DNA of 64,000 nt, taken from Ascidiella aspersa (Eukaryota). The position numbers and the translations under genes are program-made. This document shows positions 29,301 through 44,300 of the stretch, piece by piece. The stretch's first letter is position 1. The number at the start of each line of letters is the position of its first letter. The notes beneath the pieces were generated by a model. That model saw only the letters and a list, made by a program, of their open reading frames with translations, was not told the DNA's origin and searched no databases. The stretch is from assembly GCA_963924565.1 (NCBI GenBank), contig OZ004611.1, positions 26,412,001-26,476,000 of the forward strand, given 5' to 3'.

Positions 29301-32300
29301 CTTCTACTTTCAACATTGGTTTAAATGCAAACAACGGGATCTTTACGTAAAATATTTTTTTTAATTTAAGATATGACTAAACGTGTAAAAAAGCTGGCCA
29401 TTCTTCAACCGGGATTATAGGAAAATAAAACCATAGAAATAGGAAAAGCTTGGCGGTACAATGTGATTGTAAGTTCACCTCTATAACTGTTAAATTAGCG
29501 ATTGCCCATAAACTTAATAACTTTGGCATAGGTAATCTTCATATAGCTTGATAATGAATTTCAAAACCAAGAAGGTCGGGCAGACCGACATCTTCTTGGT
29601 AAAGACGTTTTGAAACTGTATCATTTTCATTAAATGCGACATTAAATTTACTATAAAGCTACATCATTCGTGCATAGTGTATATCTGAACTATTTTCCTA
29701 TTTTGTAGGGTTTAGCATCCCTTGAAGTGTTGGTAAATGCACACACCAAAGAATTTGTCGGTCGTCAGCTCTTATTGGACAAAACCGTCTTGTCGTTGCA
29801 CCTGAAAAACCAGCTGCAAGATTCACAGTTTCTCGCAATACACGGACCCATGGGCTGCGGAAAAACAAGCATCTTGTCCATGTTGATCAACCACTTCGAG
29901 AAACTCCCACAGTAAGTTTAGGTCTTCAAATACATTTCATTTTGCCTATAATTGGGACAAACAAGTACCAAAGCCGATTTTACCAGCAATACCAGGAAAC
30001 TTTATTCACTCTTTGGTCCAAATTTATAGCTTGAATTCTTAGCAGTTTACTGATTTTTTGTTAAAAAATGTAGCCTATACTTATGTTTAATGATATTTAG
30101 ACTGTTAAGTAAAAACAAGTTTATACTAATCATGAGGATGCTTTTTTTATCTGGCGAAATATATATTTCTGTTAATATTAAAAATATATTTTATTTTGTC
30201 TATCTGTTTTTACTGAACAGTCTAACTATCAACTGATTAGAAAGCACGAATCTTTTTATATTTTTATGTACCAAAAACAGGGTATTAGCTTATTTGTTTG
30301 ATAATTTTATTGTTGCTCGTTTGTAATTTATGTTTTATAGATTATTCAATCATTGATTCAGTCATTGATTTTGCGTTTTATAAAAAAAAAAGTTTTTTTT
30401 TAGGTGTTGCGTTGTAAAATGTTTCATTGGATGTTTGTCTCGCAATGACCAAACCTCGAAAGTTTTGCTTGACTCACTGATAGCTCAAATGAAATTTCAG
30501 CTGGATTTGAAAGGTTTGTTGTGAAAAGAAAATGTCCAAACACTTTTAGCTGATATTCGGAAAGCTATTTTTGTTGATTTTTGCTTGGTTTTGTACTAGT
30601 TTCAAATCTCTGTATGTTTAAGTGAAGCTTAAGCTTAATTAAAATCACTTGGTATTCAAATTTTTCTGTTACTTTTTTGTAATCTTTTTGACAGATTACA
30701 CCGCAGAAGGTTCGACATTAAAAGACAGCATGGACATGTTTTGGTACTGTGTTGCCTTGTTAACTAAAGAGCACTCAAGACTCGTTTACATCTTCATCGA
30801 TGATTTGGATGCACTTATGTCATCATCAAGTAAAAACAGCTTGCAAGTAAGTGCCTAATATAATCCACATACTTGATCAGAAATGTTGAAATTACAATAA
30901 TTATTTTTGAATTGTTATTTTTATAATGTTATTAGTTAAATCTGGCTTATATAAGGGCGTCTTAAGCCTACTATGGAGAATTTTTTTAAAACACATACAT
31001 CAATGTACATTTAGTTTTACATATATATTAGGGTTGTTTAAAAATACATTTTTTTGTCAAATTTCAGTGGGGACCCCCTGGAATTGTTAGGTTGCGTCTA
31101 AAAACCCCACAAACCAAATCTGAGCACGTTTGGTTCAGTATTGACCGTGCTACGTCAATTTGAAAATTCAGATTTGGGCTAAAATTTTGAAAAAAATAAA
31201 TTGTCCTCCCCCTAAAAAATTTTTTTTCCATTGCTTTGCAATCGAATAGCCATAAATAAACCTGTTTTGCATTAAAAAAGTGAGTAGTCATGGTACAAAT
31301 GTCACATTTCAACAATATTTGTTAGGCTGTTATGTATGAAAAATGGCTTAAAATTTTAAAATAAAGTAGATGCAGCATACATGACATCAAATTAATAAAA
31401 TAGTGCATTTAGTCTTCACACAATTATATCAATTACTTATCTAAAGTTTAAAAAATGTGCTAAAAAGCCATTTTTCGTAAAAAACAGCCTAACAAATGTT
31501 GTTGAAATGTGACATTTGTACCATGACTATTCACTTTTTTACTGCAAAACATGTTTATTTATGGCTATTCAATTGCAAAGCAATGCAAAAATAGAAGAAA
31601 AAAAATGTTTTAGGGGGAGGACAATTTTTTTTCCCACTGAAATTTGACAAAAAAGTGTTTTTTTGAACAACCCTAATATATATATATATTGTATAAGTGG
31701 ACCGTATTGACTGTAGAACACCGCTAGACCTATTTAAGAAAGTTCACTTCTTAAAAGTTTTTAAATAAATGTCGTATAAAAAAAAAGAATGTAAATTATT
31801 ATGGATTACAATTTTTTGTTTTATTGCAAAGAAACACATTTTGTTTTTTGTAATAACACCCCAAAAGCAAATGTAGAAATCTAATGTTTGTGTTTATTTC
31901 CAGTGGTTACCGGCCAAACTGCCACCAGGCGTTGTTCTAGTCGTGACGTGCACAGAGAAAAGCAATGCTCACTATTTCCTACAACAACAGCACGAAGAAG
32001 TTGTGTTTGTTAAAGTACCACAGTTGAATGGAAGGTAATACTCATCAAACATATTGTAACTTCACTTAAATACAAGGCAAAGTAGGGATTTCCGACACAT
32101 TGGCGATTTATTCCGATTACCATACCCGATATGTTGGACTAACGTATCGTGGTCCGATACGGTACAAAAGTACGTCATTACTGTGCTCAAAAAAGCAAAC
32201 TAAAAGAAATAAAAACGTTTAACCGTATTTTGTACCTGGTTATTAAACCAAAATCTGCTCTAGTATTACTAAGTTTAGTTACCTTCAATTGCTACCCTAC

Positions 32301-35300
32301 TATTTTTAGTTTATACATGTCAACTTAAAATCGCTGTGTTAAATCGCAAATCATTGATCAAACTTCAAATGAAGTTGGTATCGAATCGGTACCGATACTA
32401 GCCTTGTATCGAACTAATACCGATACTATAAATCGACATCAAGTGTAGATTCTGGTCCGATACTATCGGACACCCCTTGTGCATTATTACATTATTAGGC
32501 GTAAGTGTGTTAAATAACCAATAATTGTCAATAAACTTGTTTGTGTTTATTAGAAAATATTTTCGTTGAAGTCCGTTATTTCATCAAGGAGCACACATTA
32601 AAAGACACAAATTTTCAGTTTCAAATTAAATATTAAATTCTCTGTGTTCCTGTACCAATTGTTTTTTTTAATGGTTCTTTAGGGAGTCAGCTATGGTTGT
32701 TCGAAGCTTGTTATCTGCATTCAGTAAATCCCTTGACGAAAATTATTTCAACAATCAGCTGAGATCTTTGCTCTTGAAGAAAGGTTCTTCGAATCCCCTG
32801 TACCTGAAAACTGCCTGCGACTACATAAGGTAAGCACATTGTTTGAGTTGCCAACAGGTTACCACAGTCTTTGAATGTCTTTAATATAATTTTATTATTG
32901 AATGTTAAAAAAAACAATGTTTTCTCAAAAGTCTTATTTATTTTATGTCCAGCTTAAGTTATGTGCTTTTTTAAAGTGTCGTTAACATGCTTTTTAAAAT
33001 GCGTTTACCATGGCGTTTATACTGTTTTGGTATTAATAAAAGTGACACATTTTAGGTCGTGGAAAACCTGCAAATTTTCTTTGAAAAGCCTTTTAAATGC
33101 GTTTGAATTTCTTTCATAAAATTGTGTGGCAACCCTGTGTAACGTATTGTAACAAACATCCAATTTATAGTGGTAAACTATCAGAAAATAATTGGCCAGG
33201 AATAAGTAAGGTTTTACCCAAAAATGCGCTTTATATATTTTTTTGGGGGGCAAAACATCAAAAAAGGTAGGAGCGATCGCCACGGTAACGCTTGGCTATA
33301 CCAAGTTGCATAAAAAAATTAAATGCATGTTTAACCAGGTTGTTGATTCAGGTTTGTCAATTTTTACCATCAAGTTTTTAAATACCGTGGTATAAGGTGC
33401 ATGGCCTACATTAAAATGCCCCACAGTCCACTAGTTAAAGCCTGATACACGTGTCGCAAACTTGAAAAAAAAATGATAAAAAACAACAAAGATGAAATAA
33501 TTTATAATCACTTTTTCGTTTCAGGATGTTTGCTGACTTTTCAACTCTAGACGAGGAGCTTTACAAGATGCCGCACACACTCACAGAGCTGCTACAGTTC
33601 TGGCTCCACAAACTGGAAAGGTTCTTGGGCAAATCCTCGCTAATTGCGATGTTCCTCTCCGTCATATATTGTTCTCCTGGCGGAATTCAAGAGGAGTTTC
33701 TTTACCAAGTATTATGCCAAGGAAACAGGTGGGCGCCTAAATGAAAATTTTGTCTATGACTTTAATCAAACGATATACCAATCTGAAGTAGGAGTGTTCC
33801 ATACTTGACATTTTAATCCGATTACGATTCCCTATATTTTTAACAAAAACCATCGCGATCCGATGCGATTTCAATGACGTCATTACTGCTTAAACAAACA
33901 AACTAGTTTAATTACAAACTTTCAAGGAATTTTTTTTCTCAGGTTATTCTGACAAAAAATTCCATAATTTTTGTCAGTTTAATTACCATCAGTTGTTAAC
34001 CTATTGTTTTCTACATAATAAACCTTTCAAAGTAGAAATTGCTGTATAGGGACAAATCATGGTTAAAAACTATTTTAAATTAGGATCGTATCGGCACCGA
34101 GACCGCCCTAGTATCGGACGAGTACCAATACTAACACTTGGCATCTGGTATCGGCTGGCTACGATCAGATATTATCAGACTTTCCTGCTCTAATATAATT
34201 TTACCTTCTAAGAGCTTAATCTATGTTTGGTTTTATCGGTAACAAATTGTTAATTACCATATGGCAGGCAAAATACATTTTTGACTGAGGTTATGGATTT
34301 AAAACCACATTTATATTTGTTACAAGATATATTTAAGCAAATAAGTTTGTTTATAATGAAGTTTAGCACAGTATCAATTTTGTTTAATTTGTTTGTTTTT
34401 TTAACTTTGCACTTTTTTGTTTTAGGATATTCTCCAATTCGGAATTAGAAAGATCTGTGTTTTGTCAAGTTCTTCACCTTCTCGGTGGATTCCTGTTTAA
34501 ATCGACAGAGGAAGGTGGAAAGATATATTTCAATCATGAAATATATGCTGATGCGGTGTTTAATAGGTAATTTGCATGCATTCTCAACACAATATAAAAT
34601 AGTCTTCCATTTGGTGTTTGTGTGTTTATATAATATTGTATAAAAATCTTGAACGTTAAACTTTGATAAAATCTATTCGTGAACGTAAATTGAGCCATTT
34701 CTGCGCACTATGGCAAATATAAAAATACTTTATCAAGTTTGTAGAGCTCTTCTGGCAAATGTAATTTTTATTCCGAAGTTTCGACGTCCTATACAGGTCG
34801 TCTTCATCAGGGTAAATAACACTGAATGCGACTAGTACGGTGCACGATAAACAAAGGAAAAAAAAGAAAAAAAATTTGATGAGGACGACCTGTATAGGAC
34901 GTCGAAACGTCGGAATAAAAGTTACATTTGCCAGAAGAGCTCTACAAACTTGATATTATGCCTGGCAGCAATAGCTTATATATAAACAAACTATAATCTG
35001 TGTACAGTAAATATTACCAATCTTGTAAATGGCCGTATTTGTCTAATTTTAAATAGGGTAAATAGGTGGTATTATATAAAGACAAATTGTATTTGATCTT
35101 TATATATAAAGACAAATTGTATTTAATAAAGACAAATTTTATACCTAATGTGCACAAGCTTGTCAAGATTCCAATACAATTTGTCGTTATATAGTGCCAC
35201 CTAATTAGCCTAGTAAATATTACATAACATGAAAAAGTCGAAGTATACGGTTGCTGTAATTATGTCTGATTTCTGCGGTGTTGGTTTGAATGCTAATTCT

Positions 35301-38300
35301 CAAAATATTTGCCTCGATGATATTTAGGCGTCACATTTTGGTAACTTTGTAAAATAACCGATTTGTATTAAAATACGCAAGCAAGTAAACATGCCAGGCA
35401 ATTCATTAAAAAAAGACAATATTACGACTTGCCAAGCCTGCCGTGTATTAACGGCGATTGGGATTTTCATATTTTGATATTTGGTTTTGAAACAAAGCCT
35501 AATCTGACCAGGCAAGTATTTAAACCAACATTGCAGAGGCCCTATTTTAAGTGATCAATCTCTGGTAGGTACCTGTCGACTGACAACCGTAGGCAGGAAG
35601 CTTGTCACGAGCTTCTAGCCTTTATGCATCTATCTTCGCTCGCCAGCCGGCAACATTTTTCCTCGAGTGATTTCTCATTGGCCCTACTTCCGTACCACAT
35701 AAAAATGTCAGGTAAAAAATCACCTTAGGTTAGGAGATAGCTGGTCTTTCTTGTGATTTATCAGATGGTTATGTGAAATGATTCTGTACGTATAAGTTTT
35801 GTAAATTCAGGTCAACCAAAAAAAAATAGTTAAAATAAGGCAAAACTCATTTTTTAAATGAATGTTTATTAAATCTTTTTAAAATTAATTTGATTGTGTA
35901 ATTTTAGTGACATTCCAATTATGGCAGACATTTGGTGGGGGTTATACCGGTATTATTTTAGAATTGCTAACGTTTTTTTTACAAGGAGATTGTAGTTGCG
36001 CTATCTTCAAAGTAGATAACCCAAACAATTAATAAAAACAGAAAAAAATAAAATTTTAACTGACTGTTCACTCTATATATTAATATTTTCCAAATCACTA
36101 TTATTTTGTTAATTTAGTTACATTACAGTTACGGCAGTTTTGCCTACTTAAAAAGTTGCATAATTCTTTTCACAGGCGACTCTTCATTTCTGGTCGACCT
36201 GCTTTGCTCTTTTAAGTTTGTTGAATCGAAATGTTTCGCAAAGTTATCTTGGCAGTTGGGAGGCGATTTTGAACTTGTGGAAAACGATCAATACTTTAAT
36301 TGGTAACTTTCTCTCTGTTTTCATATTTTCAGTTAAATAGTATGCAACGAAAAAGTCAAAACATATTTAAATGTGCCTGTTTGAACGATTCGTTCAAGTT
36401 ACGTATACCAACACCCTTAACAGCAGAACTTCTTCCGCCCGGGCAACAATATACTGCACCCCTTTCAACTCACCAAACAATTCTCACAAGTCCTTTTAGA
36501 ATTTCTTAAATACCACAACCAGTGTTTTTCCCCCAAATTTCTCCAGCGGTTTCCCAAATTTTTGATTTGCAACATTTTGGTATTTAAATGAAAAACTTGC
36601 GGTCTCTTAAAACTACTTAGCGGTCACCCAAACCAAACCTTAAAAAAAAACCTGGCCACAACCACTGTAATTTTATTTTTTACAGGGAACTAATAACACA
36701 GTAAAATAATGCCATTTGTGAGTTTACATTTAACTGAGCAACAAGCCAAAATCACCCCTGCTGGGTTTCTTAACCAGGGGTCCGAGAACTGTTCCTAGGG
36801 GGTGTCGGGGTGCTTCAGACATAGAAAATGTATTACGGTTGCCTCCAAGTATTTGAATCTTTGAAAATGTTTTTTAATTGATTTGCACATTACAATTATT
36901 TTAAAAACCCTTGTTTTATTCCAAAGTCTTTGAATAGCCTTTTAATTTATATTATATGCCGCTTAAGTCATGTGTTTGGAAACTGCCAGTAGAAAAAACA
37001 ATTGAACAACTATTTTTAGTTGTGTTCAACAAGACATTCATACTGTTTTATTTTTGAAGTATGTTAAAAAAACCTCGAACCATTCAATTTAAGGTCTTAA
37101 AAAAAACTACGAATTTTGTTGGAAAAGTCTTTAAATGTCTTTAAATTAGATTGATGAATATGGCATTCCATCTTTAGTGACTGTCTTTTGAGTTTGGAGT
37201 TTTCGCACAGCGGTCATGGAATTATTAAAAATTGCATTATTTTTAAGGTAGTTTGGGTTCGGGTGGTCTCAGGGTCAGGATTAATAAATCTATTTTTCCA
37301 AGTTGAATTGCTTCATGATTTATTGCCAATCGAGTCAAATTACTTAGATAGCTGCGTGATGGGTACACATATGTAACTATTGGTTTTGTATTTAATTAAA
37401 TTAGTTTGGCAAACAGCTTCTTTCTTAAAAACCTTTTTAGTTAAGATTCCACTTCTGCTGTTATTTTGATTTATTATAAATATCTGAGCACCATTTTCAC
37501 TGACCCGGGTAATGAACAGAAAACTATAACCCAACAAACATTGAACTTTAAAAATCGTTTTTTTTGTGCAGCGACACTTTAAGAATGTTGAAATCTTGCC
37601 TGGCCCCTTCCCTATCACTCATTGAAGAACATCCAACAATGATATACCAGTCTTTGTGTGATCACGATCTGGACTGGATGATCCAGCAAAAGGATTCTGT
37701 TAACATGGGTATGCAATTGTTTAATTATAAAGCATGTTGAGACTTTTTCACAGTTACACCTTAGCTAAAGTTATTGCAGTAAAAAATGTAGTTAATATTA
37801 TTGTTTCTACAATTATTTTTTTCGAAACTTTTTATATTCGAAATGTTTTTTTTTTCGAAAAAATAATGTTTATTATTTTTAAGAATGTAAAAAAAAAATA
37901 ATTTTAGACCCACAAGGCTAGTTTCTGTTGCTAAAATATATTTTTGATATTCATTTCGTTTCATTAACTCATTTGCTTTTTATCTGTTTTTTTTTACATT
38001 CGTATTGGTTTTATTTGTGGTGTCAATTTTCAGGGCCTGACAAGGGTGACAATCACGTGTTCTTCAAGCCCGTGTGCAAACCCCCTTTGAGCATGGAAAA
38101 CACAAGAGTGCTGAAAGACATGTCAACAATGCAACCAACTTGCCTGGCTGTATCCCCCAAGTAAACTCATACCATATTTTCTACATCAAGCTTTATTTTC
38201 AATATAATTCATTGAGCTTCGTTCTTTGGCCACAAACTTTTTTTAAAATCGATTTTAAGTAATAATCACAGTACTTGCTAGGGATATCCAAGACTTGACA

Positions 38301-41300
38301 TTTATTACTGTTGCGATACCCGATATTGACTCCAAATAGTATCGCAATCCGATATAATACCATTTGATGTAGATGTAGCAAAATACATCAATTCAAACAA
38401 AAAATTAGAGGTTATTACGCCAAATTTGGTTTAGCGTTAGACGTTTAGTTACCACCAGTTGGTGGCCTACTATTTTGTTAATAAACATAACTTTCAAGGT
38501 AAAATTTTTGCGATGAATCGCAAATTATGGCCTAAATTCCTGTATTATTTTGATATCGAAACGACGCCGAATATCACATGGTATCGGCTATTGGCTCCGT
38601 CCGATATTATTGAACATCTTTAATACTTGTATTAAAGGGCGTATCTTGATGGAGTCCAAAATCATTTGCAGCAGATTTCTGCTTTTCGGTCACTGTTCCG
38701 CTCACGCGTATACTAACAATCAAACTCAAAGTTTGAAAACCCGAAAAACTAGGGTCAGACAATATTTAAAGGAATATACATTATCCTATACTGGCATCGT
38801 TAGTTCCTCAATTCGAATGCTTGAATGATATATCGGAATTAAGGAACTGACGATAGCAGTATAGGCAAAATATATATTACTTTGAAAAATACCTAATCCT
38901 GGTTTACTCGGGATAATATACTAACATATGAGTGGATAGAAACTGTCAACCCCCTATCATTATATTGATGTGTTGCAGCAATCAAAAACTGGCTTGTGGC
39001 TCGGACAAAGGAATTCTCATTGCATTTGACGCAAGTACGGGAGAACGACGTCAAGTGTTCAACGCTACGTCAGCCATTAAGGAAGTATTGTACGTCACTG
39101 ACAACCTTGTTGTTACCGGCCACGTAAATGGAAAGATTATGGTCTGGAATGACGAAGGTGTGAGACATTATAGTTTGCTTTCTACTGGCAATGTTTTTAG
39201 TTTATGTTTTAATTGGTTTAACTTTAGCCATAGGCTTTTATCAGTAACAATTACAATAAAAAATGTTAAAGCCAAAACGTTAGATAAATAATAATTATTT
39301 AATTGTTCGATTATAATAATTATTTTTAAATAACTAAGTACTTGTATCGTGTTCCAAAGTGACAACTCGTTTCAAACTTATTTTTTTGGCAGATCCCAAT
39401 TTTGAAATTGGTTTAGACAACGGTATATATGGTATCGAAAACGTAGTTTTTAAAATTGCACCCTTGAATAGTAATACAGTGTTTTCTTTACAAAATTCGT
39501 TATGTTTTTCCAATTTTACTTGCCTTTGCCAGGTCTTCGATAATCACTAAATTAAATCGTTTTCCTGTTCTTTTTTTAAATTGGTTTGTTAACATGATAT
39601 TTTTACAAACGTAGCTTTTAAGTTTGCAGTTTCAAATCATGTTTTTTTAATGGCTTTTTAAAGAACTTGGAAAAATGAAATGTAGTTAGTTTTATCGGCC
39701 TCTGCACGATCTTAGATATTCACTAAATTTCACAACTATCTTTCTTATCTAGACGGCTATTTGATCTCCGAAATCAACGCGCACAGAAAATCCTTGACCG
39801 GCCTGGCCCTCCACGCAAACTTCGCCTACATTCTGAGCACCGGGCTCGATCGTCAAGTGCACATATGGCAAGTATCCGCCAACAAGGAGCAACAACCGAT
39901 CGGTCCGAGCCCGACCCGCTCGATCGACCTGGAGAAAATGACGCCCAGCTGCGTGGAGGCCCACCCCCATCAACGGCACCTTGCTCTTGGAATGTGGAAC
40001 TCTACGATTCAAGTCTGGGACTTCGTCGAACTGAAGAGAATTGCCGTGATGCGCGGTAGCAGAAATTCGGTAATTGATATAGCCAAAAATGACGCCCGTG
40101 CTTGCACCCAAATTTTGGGGTCAGCTCCTAATTTGCTATAACTACGGTTTAGGTAGAAGTTTGTTCCAACTTTTATTTAATAATTTGCTACATCTGTACA
40201 TTGTGTAATTTGATAATATACAGGCTGATAACAAGAAAAAGTTTTTTTCTGCTTATGATTTCGTTGATGATTTTATTGGTATTCAATGCTAAGATTTTTT
40301 ATTCACCAAACAAATTTTCCCGCTTTTTTATTCAATTAAATTAAAACCTATACAGACCTGCGTGATTCTTGTGTAACTGTTTTTTTTTTGTATATTCAAG
40401 TCTGTGACTTTGTCGTTCTGAAGAGAATTGCCGTGATGCGCGGCAGCAGAAATTCGGTAATTGATACGTAGCCAAAAATGATTTCGTATTTGCACCTGGA
40501 ATTTGGGTCAGCTCATTTTTATGTTAACCCTGTCCACCTGCTAATTTGCTATAACTACGGTTAAGGCAGAAGTTTATGGCAACATTTATTTCGTGATTTT
40601 ACTAATTGTTTACATGGTGTAAATTGGACACATATAACTTGAAATCAAGTGTTAAAATTTTGTTGTTACGTTCTTACTGCTGATGATTTTAAGTGGTACT
40701 CTTATTGGTATTCAATGCTAAGATTTTTTATTAACCAAACAAATTTTACCCTGTTTTTTATTTAATTGAATTAAAACTTATTTAGAACTGCGTGGTCCTT
40801 GTGTAACAGTTTTCTATTGCCATGATTTACAAAATTATTTTAAAAAATTTGGGTACATAAAAATTAGGAATTTTTTTAAAACTTTTGCAAAAAAATATCT
40901 TTCTATTAAAACCTATATCAACTATATATTTTTATGTTTCCTAATTGTCAGCACTTTTTTGCAGGTAACAACTCTAAAGTACTCAACCAACGGGGATTAC
41001 ATCTTCTCGGTGTCGTTAAATACGGTTGGAGTCAACATTTGGTCTTCAGCCACTGGCCACCTTATTGGGACCATGGGAACCAACACCGTAGTCAGCTCAA
41101 TTCAATATCTTTCCGATCTCGATTATGTTATCAGTGCTGGAAATAGCAAAGGCAATCTTTCGGATGGGGTAATTGAAATTTGGAAATCAAGCCTGGGAAA
41201 GAAGATTGCCACCTTTGAATCTAGCACCGAAGAGGTCAGTAAAGCAACCATAGGCGCCCAACTTTCGAAATTCAAGGGCGTTATTTTCTAGGCAGTGCAA

Positions 41301-44300
41301 AATTGCTTTTTATTTAAAATTTTTTTCCTATTATCACTCAACCAATTTCACCTTTTAAAACCTTATTTTCGCACCTTTCGGCCAAACTTAACAATAATTT
41401 GAAATCTAATTGCATAAAATACAAAGTTTGGGATTCTATGGAATCCTGTCTGTATGGTAATTCAGGAAAGTTTTAAACAGTTTTGGCTAACCAAGACGGC
41501 GCTACAGAAATTATTTGACGTATAGTTATTGATAAATTGGTCGAATTCCAGGACGTTTTGACGCCCTATGAGAAACCAGGGCGCCTAAAAACACTCTGCC
41601 TACCCACTTTCGGCGCCTATGAAAGTAACTAATAACCTAATAATGAATTGTATGGATCCTTGTAACTTAAAAATTGTACTGTGTGCAAACTGACAATAGC
41701 AGCTTTTTAAAACATTGACAACGGCATGCTCTAACATATTTCTAAGTTCTTTCAAACTGTATGTTAACATATCTTCAGGTTTTTTCAAGCAGTATATGTT
41801 GTAAATATAGTATAACATAATATTATATTTTAGAAAAGGCTGTTGTGGCAAAATTAAAGTCACCGACACAGAAAACCACGGGGTTATACTGCAGTTCTTC
41901 TAAACCAGATACAAAGTACATTATTTGATAGTACACCTAAACCGGCTTATGTTTCATATTGGATAAACTCAACCTTAGACAATTATGTATGATTGTGGTT
42001 TAATTTCTGTTCCGCCCTGCTGTATTTTCTAATTAGCCAGAATAGTATTGTGGGATTGCAGAGTTTTAATAGTAAATTATTTTCATCAACGAAACTAAAA
42101 CTTGATCAATGAAACTTATCTGAAATGTGTTTGCTTTATAAGGTGGAGTCTTTATGCTGCACCTTTTTTGAGGATCACTCCAAATTGGCGGTTGGATACG
42201 ACAATGGCCAATTATCCATTTTTAATACTGTTACAAATGAAGTCGTTGGGTCAAGCAATGTACACGATGGTCAAGTCAGGTACCTAAACACCCTTTATTG
42301 ACAGTGCAAGATAATTATGGAAACTATATATATAATATGAACTTTGAAAAATATGTTTTTTTTTCAAAAAAACCTTGGCTTGGTAACTGTTACTTAATAT
42401 TTTCGGGAATTTTTTTAAATTACAAAATGTAAAACATAACTGTGTTTCTCTTTGGGACACGGAATCTGTTTTTTCTTTTCAAAATCTGACCTAATTTTTG
42501 TGTTTAGACAACAAAATTTACCCAAATTAAAGTATTTTGTGAACGCTAACACAGATTACACTGTATTTAGGTGCATTTTGTTTGTGGAATTCGAAATACG
42601 AGGATCAAGTGAGACAGTGGAAGTTATTTTGACTGGTTCCGATGATCGGATGATAAATGTGTTTTGTCCCACAACTCTCAAAACACTAAACAAGCTTGAA
42701 GCACACAAAGGTAATTAAACTAACTTACCTATTAACAAAACTATTCTTGGCTTGATGAGAAGTTCCAAATTGACAGTGGAATAGCCACCATAAAAGCAAT
42801 ACCTTGCACGCATTTTATTTGCTGTTTTTAATTTTTTTAATATATTTTGCCGTTTAGTGTATTTAAAAACCGAAATATTTAGTGTACTAAGTGACCAAAA
42901 CACTACAAAACCGAAGTATGATGATTTTACAAGAAATTTAACAAAATGGGGTTAAAGCCCGCAGCCGTTTTTGTTTGGAAAAATGGGAAAAATATTTAAC
43001 CTTTTTCATGTTTGTGCATTAAAAAGTGCTCAAAGCTAACATTATGCACTTAAAAAAAATATTTATGTAAATACAGCCAAAAGTGTAATGATCAACTGCT
43101 AAGATTAAGTAGAGTATATTTCTAATTTCAGCAAAAAAATGAAAAAAATCCAAGAAATGACGCTGTTTTATTGTATTAGTAAAACTAAAGTTAAAAGTGG
43201 TTTGTGCAACAAAACAGTGATAATGACTTTCAAAGCCAAAAAGGTCAAGTAGTATCATGCAAGTTCGTATCGAAACGTCTCAATCAAGATAATGTCGATC
43301 TACTCGACCTTTTTGACTTTTTATATTATCAAGCTATTACCGATCCGTGCATAGTGTACACAATACAGTGAAACTGTCCTGAACCAGGCTGACAGAATCT
43401 TGCCAGATTTCTGGCGACAAGCGTTTTTGGCCTAAATTCTCTTCGTTTTTTTGGTCGCGTCCCTAGCCTTAAATTATGTGTTCGCCTAAGATCTCAACCT
43501 TTCCATGTTTAGGCGATGAACAAGGCTCTTATGAATTAAATTAGTTAACAAACAGTAAAATTTGTTGTGACATAAACAAATACATATATATGGGGTATAC
43601 TAAAGTAAAACTTTTTTTTTTTTTTTTTCCCAATTTCTTCGGTTTTCTGGCTCATTCTCCGGCCGACATAGTCGCCAAGTCGCCAGCATTCTACCATGCT
43701 GTCCTGAACTATCAAGATCCTTTTTTGATCAAATCTGTTTCCTTTCAGGTGCGGTTGTGGCCTTGGCTAGCAACGGGAAGTTCCTCGCGTCCGCTTCAGA
43801 GGACTTGACCATTTTACTTTGGTGTCGTTTGCTTAAAACCAGTGACGAGTTAGTTCCGAACTATATACTAAGGTCGCACACAGCGACGCCAACATGCCTT
43901 GCTTTCAATGGTATTGGAAGCTTTATGGTGTCAGGTAAAACCTGAAAATCTTTGTAAGAGTATATTGGATTGAGTCTTCAGCAAGTTTTATGGCCCCCTA
44001 AAATTAAATCTCTATCTATTATTCCAGTTTTAGAGCACAATGGTTGGAGGTTTAGTAAGAATTTTAAAGCTGATACAGAAGTAGGCATCATTTTTAAGGT
44101 TTCAAATGTATCTTTATTTATTTTAAATAATAGTGTTGAAAAAAACTTGTATATGGGCTTTGATATTCTTACTTTTCCACTTTTCTTTTTTTAATTCAAG
44201 GCATTATCTAACTCTTTGCATTTTATCAGCTGGTTCCCAGCAACTCTTATCGTACTCTCCTGAAACACAGTTCTGCACATTACAATATATTTCTTAAAAC

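Noticed and set aside
39749-40111. Antisense ORFs here and at 9950-10219, 10125-10328 and 60358-60750
   Set aside because: They are shadows of GC-rich sense exons.
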